DNA of 39,152 nt from Glaciecola sp. (GTDB lineage: Bacteria; Bacteroidota; Bacteroidia; Flavobacteriales_C; GCA-002722245): contig JBLIBC010000002.1 of NCBI GenBank assembly GCA_047632015.1, positions 1 through 39,152 of the forward strand, in the 5' to 3' direction. A program made the translations under genes and the position numbers. The notes beneath the pieces were generated by a model that saw only the letters and a list, made by a program, of their open reading frames with translations, was not told the DNA's origin and did not search any database. Shown one piece after another: positions 1 to 8,085 of this stretch (positions are counted from its first letter, which is position 1; each line of letters begins with the position of its first letter).

Positions 1-2
1 GG

Positions 3-140
3 TTCCAAGATTCTTTTACTGATGATGCCAGTGTAATTGAGGCAAAAGGTGTTAGTGTCAACCTGGTGCCAGGAAACTTTGAAAACATAAAAATTACCAG
101 GCCGGTTGATCTTCAAATGGCTGAAATGCTTTTACAATAA
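3..140 (+). CDS. ispD: 2-C-methyl-D-erythritol 4-phosphate cytidylyltransferase, C-terminal fragment (5' end outside the window)
   Basis: Frame is open from the window edge to TAA at 138-140. The tail [45 protein letters not shown] matches the conserved IspD C-terminus (TDDAS..E, G..N.KIT.P.DL..AE). Confidence 0.7.
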   Translation, partial: FQDSFTDDASVIEAKGVSVNLVPGNFENIKITRPVDLQMAEMLLQ

Positions 141-151
141 ACGTTTAGTTA

Positions 152-815
152 TTGCTATTTTCGTTTAGAATAATCACCTATGGAATACGGAGAAAAACAT
201 TTGACATACAAAAGGAAAGTTGTTTTGGTAAACAATCTATGCCATATTTAGACAGGATTACTAAGGAATACTCTGATAACGAGGCGTGCTTTGTTTTTGT
301 TAATCAAGGCGAACTGTCTGTTCGAGCTCAGGATGAATACGTTGACCTTAATCAAGATGTTGCTTTATTAGCAAAGTGTTTGAATTATTTTTTTGAAACA
401 AACGACGAGCAAAAAAAAATGTGGTGACGGGGTGGAAGTTATTGCGGTAATTATATACCCGTCCTTGGTGGAAGAGCTATTTGGGTTTGATTTATCAACC
501 TCCAATTATTCACTTGGGTACAATTTAAAAAAGGTAAATAGGGATACGGTACTCACTAATTTTAAGAAGAGCATCAACATTCTCATTGATCAACCAGAAC
601 TGGCTGATGAGAACATTATTAAAAATAAATTAAAAGAGTTTATTTTGCTGATTGCAAAGTCGGCAAATGCACCTTCTCAATTGGATTTTTTATCAGGGTT
701 GTTTGATCCCATTGTAATTGAATTTAAAAGCACGATCCGTCTAAAGTTGAATGTCTTATTACTCGCTTTTTCATGGGGTAAAGTTAATTATCGAAATCAA
801 CTTCAACTAGCTTAG
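152..815 (+). pseudogene. AraC-family transcriptional regulator, frameshifted and 3'-truncated
   Basis: ORFs 152-427 and 393-815 are in different frames and join at an A9 run (412-420). The N-terminus resembles an AraC ligand-binding domain (ACFVFVNQGELSVRAQ, LKEFILLIAKS, FKSTI). The frame stops at 815 before a complete double helix-turn-helix, and 816-958 holds only degenerate remnants. A possible ATG at 181 is in a third frame. Confidence 0.5.
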
Positions 816-958
816 CTTTTCTCTCTCAGTAAAAGTAGCAAGTCCAGAAACAAGCACAAGATCATATTGATGATGTTACCCTAATGGGACTCAAAATATA
901 GTTGATGCCGCCTCATGTCGCTTGTTAAAGCAAAAGCTTAGGATGAACCTCTAAAGTA

Positions 959-1900
959 CTATTTCATCTTTTTCAAATACTTGAACAGCTCGCTGTCAGT
1001 AGATAAAATTACTGAAGTTTCGTCGTCAAAGGTTTTATCAAAAGTTTCCATTGATTTTAAGAAAGCGTACAGCTCTCTTGACTGAGCAGACCTGTTATAC
1101 GCCGCAGCATAAATGGCAGCTGCTTTGGCATCAGCGTCACCTTTAATTTCCTCGGCTTTTCTACGAGCTCCCGATTGAATGGTTTTTAATTCCCTGTCTT
1201 TTTCCCCATTAATCTTAGACGCTTGTCCTTGTCCTCTCGATTTAAACTTTTCTGCCATGTTATTACGCTCGCTTCTCATCCTATCATACACACTACTTCG
1301 GACGTCTTGTACATAATTTACCCTCTTGAATCTAAAATCCAAGATTTTAATTCCTAAATCATTCGCTTGTTTATTGGCGCTAGCTAAAATGTCATGTTGA
1401 ATTTGAGCACGTCCAATGGCAATAGGTACCAAGGAATCTTTTAATTCAGCATCAACAGTATCAACTTGCACCGGAGTTCTATTTGAAGAACGAACCAATT
1501 CAATTAGTTTGTTTTTAGCAACATGTAAGTTAGTTTCTCCGTCTAGGATGTCATCTAGTCTCGACTGAGCACCTTTTTCATTGGTCAGACGCTTAAAAAA
1601 TTGAAGAGGATCTGTGATTTGCCACCTTGCATACGAATCAACAAAAATACTCTGATTTTCTTGAGTGATCACGGAAGCCTTAGCTCCATCCCATTCTAAA
1701 TATCGTTTTTCAAAAAAGTGAGACTTTTGAACAAAAGGTATTTTAAAATATACCCCAGGAAGCGTGATAGCTTCTCCTATTGGACGACCAAATTGAGTTA
1801 AAACTACTTGCTCTGTTTCATCTACTATAAACGTTCCTGACACAGTTATAACTAATGCAACAAGAACTAGACCTATGGTTAATATTAATTTATTTTTCAT
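959..1900 (-). CDS. hflC: SPFH/band-7 protease modulator HflC
   Basis: 313 aa with an N-terminal membrane anchor. Motifs include FIVDETEQVVLTQFGRP, VYFKIPFVQ, VYDRMRSER and a C-terminal LYAFLKSMETF, collinear with HflC. Overlaps hflK by 11 nt. Confidence 0.85.
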   Translation of the reverse strand: MKNKLILTIGLVLVALVITVSGTFIVDETEQVVLTQFGRPIGEAITLPGVYFKIPFVQKSHFFEKRYLEWDGAKASVITQENQSIFVDSYARWQITDPLQFFKRLTNEKGAQSRLDDILDGETNLHVAKNKLIELVRSSNRTPVQVDTVDAELKDSLVPIAIGRAQIQHDILASANKQANDLGIKILDFRFKRVNYVQDVRSSVYDRMRSERNNMAEKFKSRGQGQASKINGEKDRELKTIQSGARRKAEEIKGDADAKAAAIYAAAYNRSAQSRELYAFLKSMETFDKTFDDETSVILSTDSELFKYLKKMK

Positions 1901-2900
1901 TTGTTTGGTTTTTTAACTGCATTTGAAGCAGCGGTAATACATTAGATCCTTTGTTATCAGTAATGATTTTGTTCCCTAGTTTTGGTAATACTTTAGACAT
2001 TGTTTCTAAATAGATTCTACGTCTAGTTACTTCAGGAGCTTTTATGTATTCCGTGTAAATAGCATTAAATCTTGCTACTTCTCCCACAGCATCATTTACC
2101 CTTTGAATAGCATAACCTTGCGATTTTGCAATGGTTTCATCGGCTTGACCTTTAGCCCTTGGGATAATTTTACTTCGCTGTGTTTTGGCATCGTAAATTA
2201 ATTTTTGCTCTTCCTGTTCTGCCTTATTTACCGCCTCAAAAGCTGCTCTAACTGGCTCGGGAGGATTAACAGACTGAAGCACTACTTGGTCTATTTTTAC
2301 ACCTAAGGAATATTCCCTACATATTTTTTGGAGCAGTGCTTTTAGTTCAATATTCATTTGAGTTCTACCTACGGTAATTACTTCGTTTACAGTTCTGTCA
2401 CCCACTATTTGTCTCATTGCAGCCTCCGATATGTCTTGCAATGTGGATTCAGGATCTCTGACCCTGAACAGGAAATTTTTTGGGCGATCAATTCTGTATT
2501 GAATTACCCACTCTACGTCTGCCAAGTTTAAATCACCTGTTAGCATTAACGCCACTTCCTTTTCGGCTGCTCCTTTGTAAAAGCTCGACTTGATATCAGC
2601 GTTAGTGGTTTTAAATCCAAACTCTATTTTTTGTTGATTTTCAACAGGTACCAAGTGGACTGTTTCAATAAAAGGTATTTTGAATTTCAAGCCAGGGTTA
2701 ACCTCTCTTGAATATTTTCCAAATCGTGTTATTACACCTACTTCTTCAGTTTCTACTACAAAGATAGAACCGTATGCAAGTACTGCAGTAAGAATTACCA
2801 AGATCAGTAGCTTTCCTTTGGGTAATTGTTCTTTTAGTTTTGTAAGTAGAGCTTTTAACTCTGGGGGTATTCCAAGTAAATCAAAAATATCTTGTGCCAT
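1890..2900 (-). CDS. hflK: SPFH/band-7 protease modulator HflK
   Basis: Motifs VVETEEVGVITRFGKYSREVNPGLKFKIPFIETV, followed by an SPFH domain and a coiled-coil tail. I prefer the ATG at 2900 (MAQDIFDLL) over the ORF-track start at 2930. Confidence 0.85.
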   Translation of the reverse strand: MAQDIFDLLGIPPELKALLTKLKEQLPKGKLLILVILTAVLAYGSIFVVETEEVGVITRFGKYSREVNPGLKFKIPFIETVHLVPVENQQKIEFGFKTTNADIKSSFYKGAAEKEVALMLTGDLNLADVEWVIQYRIDRPKNFLFRVRDPESTLQDISEAAMRQIVGDRTVNEVITVGRTQMNIELKALLQKICREYSLGVKIDQVVLQSVNPPEPVRAAFEAVNKAEQEEQKLIYDAKTQRSKIIPRAKGQADETIAKSQGYAIQRVNDAVGEVARFNAIYTEYIKAPEVTRRRIYLETMSKVLPKLGNKIITDNKGSNVLPLLQMQLKNQTNEK

Positions 2901-2995
2901 GTGTTTTATTTTGAAGCACGAAGGTATCACATCCTGTTGAACTTATGAATGTCTAACGAGGTTATTAAATCCCAGTAACAGGATCATAATATTGT

Positions 2996-3766
2996 TTAAC
3001 TTTTCTTTTTTAAAAAATCCATGATAATACCAATTTCTTTCGGCATTTCAGGGATAGAAACTATTTGATAACTGTGTCTGTTTGGATGCAGGACTAACAA
3101 GTTAGTTGACGAGATTTTTATGCCATAATTTTTTTGCAACAAATGCTTGTACAGGTTTTGCTGCAGCGCATATTTGTGGTAGCTGTTGTCACTTAAATGT
3201 GATAAATCGTCCTTAGCAAATTGATAACTTGGTTTAATGGGGCGATCTTGTGCGTCCACTACCTTTTCACTTCTTTTCCAATCGAACATGAAATACAATC
3301 CTGTTTTAGGATTTTTATAAATCATGTCTACTGTTCCTGCTAACATTACTTCCTCGTCGAATATTCGCCATTCGGTACGGTGAGGTTGCATTAAAGGATA
3401 TTTGTCTACAAATTTTAAGAAGTAACCAAATTCGATGCTGTTCCTATCGTGCTTTATTCCGTTGTAATATTTTTCTATTTGATCATGGAGGTAGGTGCCC
3501 TGGTCAGCAGCTAGCTTTCCTTTGTCTGCCCATTCATCAATTACTTGTTGCTGAGGTACCCCTCGTTGCTTAGCCTTTTTTTTAGACCAAAACTCAGTGT
3601 CGAATTTGGGAAAAAATTCACCAATGATTTGACTAACTGAAATGACATTTGGATCGCCATCAATGAAATATTCGTGCTTTTCGGCATTGAAACCTATTCG
3701 TTCATCACGAGGATGTTCGTTTAATCTTTCCAATAAAAGCGCGCTGGTTTCTGTCTTTTTTTCCAT
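2996..3766 (-). CDS. PD-(D/E)XK (RecB/Cas4/MGME1-like) nuclease family protein
   Basis: 256 aa. The ordered motifs GTVDMIY (D), FDWKRS (D/E-x-K) and YALQQNLY (QxxxY) fit the RecB-type nuclease core. Confidence 0.7.
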   Translation of the reverse strand: MEKKTETSALLLERLNEHPRDERIGFNAEKHEYFIDGDPNVISVSQIIGEFFPKFDTEFWSKKKAKQRGVPQQQVIDEWADKGKLAADQGTYLHDQIEKYYNGIKHDRNSIEFGYFLKFVDKYPLMQPHRTEWRIFDEEVMLAGTVDMIYKNPKTGLYFMFDWKRSEKVVDAQDRPIKPSYQFAKDDLSHLSDNSYHKYALQQNLYKHLLQKNYGIKISSTNLLVLHPNRHSYQIVSIPEMPKEIGIIMDFLKKKS

Positions 3767-3788
3767 TTCCGGAAGCTACAAATTTTAT

Positions 3789-3949
3789 ATAGTCAAACCG
3801 AATAGCAATTCGGGAATTTTGACGAAGTTTAATTTTTCTTTATCAAGGCAAAAAAGTCAATCATAGCCAAAGTTATGGTTTAATTTTTTAACGTAGCTAA
3901 AGGAAAAAGAGGCAAGAAAAAAACTCGAATTGCTATTCGGTTTGACTAT
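3789..3949. repeat. Perfect 24-bp inverted repeat (3789-3812 / 3926-3949) flanking a 113-bp AT-rich core
   Basis: ATAGTCAAACCGAATAGCAATTCG at 3789-3812 is the exact reverse complement of CGAATTGCTATTCGGTTTGACTAT at 3926-3949. Confidence 0.9.
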
Positions 3950-4007
3950 TATGTGTCCATTTTACCAAAAAATGCTGTGTAGAACTCAGGTTTTGAGTTT
4001 AATTCAA

Positions 4008-4015
4008 TAAATTTG
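4008..4015 (+). promoter_or_regulatory. Candidate Bacteroidota -7 promoter box (TAAATTTG) for thrA
   Basis: Matches TAnnTTTG 32 nt upstream of the thrA ATG. The nearest TTTG (3992-3995) is only 12 nt upstream, so the -33 spacing is not canonical. Confidence 0.3.
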
Positions 4016-4046
4016 CGGCTAATATATTTTTTAATAAAGCATTGCT

Positions 4047-6479
4047 ATGAAAGTCCTGAAGTTTGGAGGTACGTCGGTAGGTAGTTCAGATAACATAAAA
4101 AAAGTTGCTGAAATTGTGGAATCAAGAGCAGCTGAAGGAAAAATTATTGTAGTGGTTTCGGCCATGGGAGGTGTTACTAACTTATTGATTGACAGTGCTG
4201 AAAAATCGGCAAAGGGCGAAGATACCTACAAGGAAACACTTAAAGTAATTGAGGAAAAGCACTTTCAAGTAATTAGGGACTTAGTGCCCATAACAGAGCA
4301 AAGCAGTTTAATAGCATCCGTAAAGGTGCTGTTGAATCAACTTGAAGATGTCCTTTTAGGAGTGTCTTTAGTAAAGGAAATATCAAAGAAGACGTCGGAT
4401 TACATTGTGAGTTTTGGCGAAATATTGTCGTCAACAATCATTACCGAGGTGTTAAAAGCCGAGTTAGTTGACGCCAGAAGTTTAATTAAAACCAACGGCG
4501 AGTTTGGTAACGCTCAAGTCAATTTTGAAGTAACCAATGGCTTAGTAAAAGATTATTTTGCATCAAGTAATGCGAAAGTTCATTTGATGCCAGGTTTTAT
4601 ATCGTCTACCGTAAAAGGAGAACTATCTACTTTAGGAAGAGGAGGGTCAGATTACACGGCGTCAATAGTTGCAGGTGCTTTAGGGGCAAGCTTGTTGGAA
4701 ATTTGGACTGATGTAAACGGTATCATGACTGCTGATCCACGTAAAGTGGAACAAGCGTTTACTGTTCCAGCAGTGAGTTATAAGGAAGCAATGGAATTGT
4801 CACATTTTGGGGCTAAGGTGATTTATCCACCGACTATTCTTCCAGTGTTTAAAAATGGTATTCCAATTAGGATTTTAAATACGTTTGATCCGTCAGCAGA
4901 GGGAACTTTAATCAGTAGCTCTGATGATTCTGAAATGCCAATTAAAGGAATTAGTTCCATCGAAAAAATAGCTTTGTTAAGCTTAAGTGGTTCAGGAATG
5001 GTAGGAATACCAGGAATCTCAAGCAGGTTGTTTGGCGCACTTTCGCAAGCAGGTGTGAACATCATATTAATTACTCAAGCTTCATCAGAGCACAGCATTA
5101 CTTTGGCGATTAGCCCTGATGCTGTTGAATCTGCAGAGGATGCGGTGAATAACGAATTTGAATTAGAAATTCAAGCTGGAAAAGTAAATGCTTTAAAAGT
5201 AGAACTTGGATTAAGCATCGTAGCTTTAGTAGGGGAAAAAATGAGTGGGCAGGTGAATGTTTCAGGAAAAATGTTCAATGCTTTAGGTAGTAATGGGGTA
5301 AACATCAGAGCCATAGCGCAAGGTTCGTCAGAAAGAAACATATCGGCAGTGATAGAGGAAAAGCACGTTAAGAAGGCATTGAATGTACTTCACGAAAGAC
5401 ATTTTGAAAACGATAACCCAAGGTTAAACTTGTTCATGGTTGGAGTTGGAAATGTGGGAGGTACGTTGATTGAACAAATCAAAGATCAGGTTGCAAGCTT
5501 GGAGGAAAATTCAAAAATTGAAATCCGAGTAATTGGAATGTGTAACAGCCGAAAATATATAATTGAAGAATCAGGAATTGATTTAGACAACTGGAAAGAA
5601 AACTTGGATGCTTCAGGAAATGCATTTACCAAGGAAGTCTTTTTGGATCAAATCACGGAATTGAATTTAAGGAACAGTGTATTGGTTGATTGCACTGCTA
5701 ACGAGGATGTGGCAAACATGTACAAGCCGACATTGTCTGCGAATGTATCAGTGGTTACTGCCAACAAAATCGCATGTTCATCAGGATATGATGATTACAA
5801 GGAATTGAAAGCTATTGCACTTAAAAATGGCGCTAAGTTTTTGTTTGAAACTAATGTTGGGGCTGGTTTGCCAGTAATTGGAACCATCAACGACTTAGTT
5901 AAGAGCGGTGATAAAGTAAATGAAATTCAAGGTGTAGTTTCAGGATCGTTGAACTTCATATACAACGTTTACAACGGTGAAAACAAATTTCATGATGTGG
6001 TTAAGCAAGCACAGCAGGAAGGATACACTGAGCCAGATCCAAGAATTGATTTGTCTGGTGTTGATGTCAAAAGAAAAATTGTCATTTTGGTGCGTGAAAG
6101 TGGATACAAAATGGAGTTGGAGGATGTGAACGTTAAGTCGTTTTTACCAGATTCTTGTTTCGAAGTTGATTCAGTAGACGATTTTTTTGAAGAATTAAAA
6201 AAGCATGAAAGCACCTTTAAAAAGATGGTGGTTGAAGCAAAAGCTAAAGGTGAAAAGTTAAGAATTGTAGGTTCGTTTGACGGGAAAACTGCTAACGTAG
6301 AAATGCAGTCAGTTGGTTCTGATCATCCATTTTACAATTTACAAGGAAAAGATAATATCGTAGTATTGTACACTAAACGCTACGCTGAGCAACCTATGGT
6401 AATTCAAGGTGCGGGTGCAGGCGCTGATGTGACAGCTGCGGGAGTATTTGCAGACATCATCAGAATAGCAAATACATAA
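4047..6479 (+). CDS. thrA: Bifunctional aspartokinase / homoserine dehydrogenase
   Basis: 810 aa. N-terminal kinase signature MKVLKFGGTSVGS, ACT-domain region, and a C-terminal homoserine dehydrogenase (MVGVGNVGG ... GAGAGADVTAAGVFADI). Confidence 0.95.
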   Translation: MKVLKFGGTSVGSSDNIKKVAEIVESRAAEGKIIVVVSAMGGVTNLLIDSAEKSAKGEDTYKETLKVIEEKHFQVIRDLVPITEQSSLIASVKVLLNQLEDVLLGVSLVKEISKKTSDYIVSFGEILSSTIITEVLKAELVDARSLIKTNGEFGNAQVNFEVTNGLVKDYFASSNAKVHLMPGFISSTVKGELSTLGRGGSDYTASIVAGALGASLLEIWTDVNGIMTADPRKVEQAFTVPAVSYKEAMELSHFGAKVIYPPTILPVFKNGIPIRILNTFDPSAEGTLISSSDDSEMPIKGISSIEKIALLSLSGSGMVGIPGISSRLFGALSQAGVNIILITQASSEHSITLAISPDAVESAEDAVNNEFELEIQAGKVNALKVELGLSIVALVGEKMSGQVNVSGKMFNALGSNGVNIRAIAQGSSERNISAVIEEKHVKKALNVLHERHFENDNPRLNLFMVGVGNVGGTLIEQIKDQVASLEENSKIEIRVIGMCNSRKYIIEESGIDLDNWKENLDASGNAFTKEVFLDQITELNLRNSVLVDCTANEDVANMYKPTLSANVSVVTANKIACSSGYDDYKELKAIALKNGAKFLFETNVGAGLPVIGTINDLVKSGDKVNEIQGVVSGSLNFIYNVYNGENKFHDVVKQAQQEGYTEPDPRIDLSGVDVKRKIVILVRESGYKMELEDVNVKSFLPDSCFEVDSVDDFFEELKKHESTFKKMVVEAKAKGEKLRIVGSFDGKTANVEMQSVGSDHPFYNLQGKDNIVVLYTKRYAEQPMVIQGAGAGADVTAAGVFADIIRIANT

Positions 6480-6487
6480 TTTAAGTA

Positions 6488-7414
6488 ATGGATCAAGTAA
6501 AAGTATATGCTCCAGCATCCGTAGCCAATGTGGCTTGTGGTTTTGATGTATTAGGTTTCGCTTTGGATTTCCCAGGTGATACTGTGATTGCTCGTAAAAA
6601 TGATTCAGGGAAGTTAAGTATATCAAAAATTCACAACGGTGAAGGTTTGTCTTGTGAACCAGGTGAAAATGTGGTAACAGTGGCGGTTCAAGCCATGTTG
6701 GATAACCTTAATTCAAAACAAGGAATTGATTTTGAATTGTTCAAAGGGGTGAAACCAGGAAGTGGTATTGGAAGTTCAGCAGCAAGTAGTTCAGCAGCAG
6801 TTGTAGCAGCAAATTATTTATTGGATGAACCTTTTAAAAAGGTTGATTTAGTGCAATTTGCCATGATGGGCGAAAAGCTGGCTAGTGGGACAGCACATGC
6901 TGATAATGTGGCACCAAGTGTTTGTGGAGGTTTTACTTTGGTTCGAAGTTACGAACCTCTTGATATTGTGACAATAAATACGCCTGATGAATTGTGGTGT
7001 ACCGTAATTCACCCTCAATTGGAAGTTAAAACAAAAGATGCCCGTCGGGTACTTAAAGGGGGAATAGACCTTAAAAAAGCCATTACCCAATGGGGAAATG
7101 TAGGTGGTTTAATAGCTGGATTATATAAATCAGATTATGATTTAATTGGACGTTCATTAGTGGATGTCGTGATTGAACCAATTCGTTCAATTCTGATTCC
7201 AGGTTATTCTGATGTAAAACAAGTGAGTTTAAACGCTGGATCCTTAGGGTGTTCAATTTCTGGCAGTGGTCCTTCCATTTTTTCCCTTTGTAAAGGGGAA
7301 GAAAGCGCGTTGAAAGTAAAGGCTGTAATTGGTGAGGTGTACGAGCAATACGGAGTTGAATTTGAAATCCATGTGAGTAGAATCAACTTGGAGGGGGCAA
7401 CTGTAGTTTCGTAG
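6488..7414 (+). CDS. thrB: Homoserine kinase
   Basis: 308 aa with the GHMP kinase motif PGSGIGSSAASSSAAV. Lies 8 nt downstream of thrA. Confidence 0.93.
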   Translation: MDQVKVYAPASVANVACGFDVLGFALDFPGDTVIARKNDSGKLSISKIHNGEGLSCEPGENVVTVAVQAMLDNLNSKQGIDFELFKGVKPGSGIGSSAASSSAAVVAANYLLDEPFKKVDLVQFAMMGEKLASGTAHADNVAPSVCGGFTLVRSYEPLDIVTINTPDELWCTVIHPQLEVKTKDARRVLKGGIDLKKAITQWGNVGGLIAGLYKSDYDLIGRSLVDVVIEPIRSILIPGYSDVKQVSLNAGSLGCSISGSGPSIFSLCKGEESALKVKAVIGEVYEQYGVEFEIHVSRINLEGATVVS

Positions 7415-7446
7415 TTCTATTCAAAAAATACATCAAATATTAGCAT

Positions 7447-7824
7447 ATGGCGTACGATGAGTATTTAGCTGAAAGAGTGGAGCGTTTTTTCACGGGCAAG
7501 CATCTGGATTTTTTCTTTAAAAAAATGATGGGAGGGTTGGTCTTTATGGTCAATGAAAAGATGTGTGTGGGGGTGTTGAAGGATAAAAAAACCGCCGAAG
7601 ATAAAATCATGCTCCGGATTGGTAAGGAATTTTACGAAGAAGCTCTTAAAAGTAATTCAGCACGTAAGATGGATTTCACCGGAGTTCCGATGAAAGGTTT
7701 TGTTTTTATTGGCCCAGATGCGTTTGATATGGATGATGATTTGGAGTTTTGGCTTCAAAAAGCTTTGGATTTTAATCCGGAGGCAAAAAAAAGTCCACCT
7801 AAAAAGAAGAAATTGTCTAAGTAG
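7447..7824 (+). CDS. TfoX N-terminal domain family protein
   Basis: 125 aa. The pattern YDEYLAERVERFF ... KKMMGGLVFMVNEKMCVGV ... LRIG fits the TfoX_N fold. The tail is Lys-rich. Confidence 0.65.
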   Translation: MAYDEYLAERVERFFTGKHLDFFFKKMMGGLVFMVNEKMCVGVLKDKKTAEDKIMLRIGKEFYEEALKSNSARKMDFTGVPMKGFVFIGPDAFDMDDDLEFWLQKALDFNPEAKKSPPKKKKLSK

Positions 7825-8085
7825 GTCAAAGGAACTAGCGAATAGCTGCTAGTCTAAGAATGTGATATTAGTTCATTGCTAAAAGCATCCAGTGTGTATT
7901 GCCTCAAGATTGGAACAAAACCTCCTGTTTTTGAACAAAACCTCGAAAAAAAATGAATTTTTTGAGGTAAAATTTGCGTTTTTAGTAACCTTATTGTGAA
8001 TCTATCATAGATTATGAGCCTAAAAAAGCAATAAGTTGTTTATATTAGAACACCTTATTTATTATTACACTTAACTTAACTCACT

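Noticed and set aside
2931-2984. Inverted repeat ATCCTGTT / AACAGGAT, considered as the terminator of the nuclease gene
   Set aside because: The stem is only 8 bp with a 38-nt loop and no U-tract, so it is too weak to call a terminator.
959-3766. Nuclease plus HflK/HflC as a three-gene defence-like module
   Set aside because: HflKC is a ubiquitous housekeeping pair. The 95-nt gap contains an 8-bp inverted repeat (2931-2938 / 2977-2984). Nothing in the sequence links the nuclease to the SPFH proteins. The observation is kept only as a neighbourhood note in the nuclease finding.
3950-4046. Threonine attenuator leader peptide before thrA
   Set aside because: The only small frame there is a roughly 10-codon ORF (MCPFYQKMLC) with no Thr/Ile run and no alternative terminator/antiterminator hairpins.
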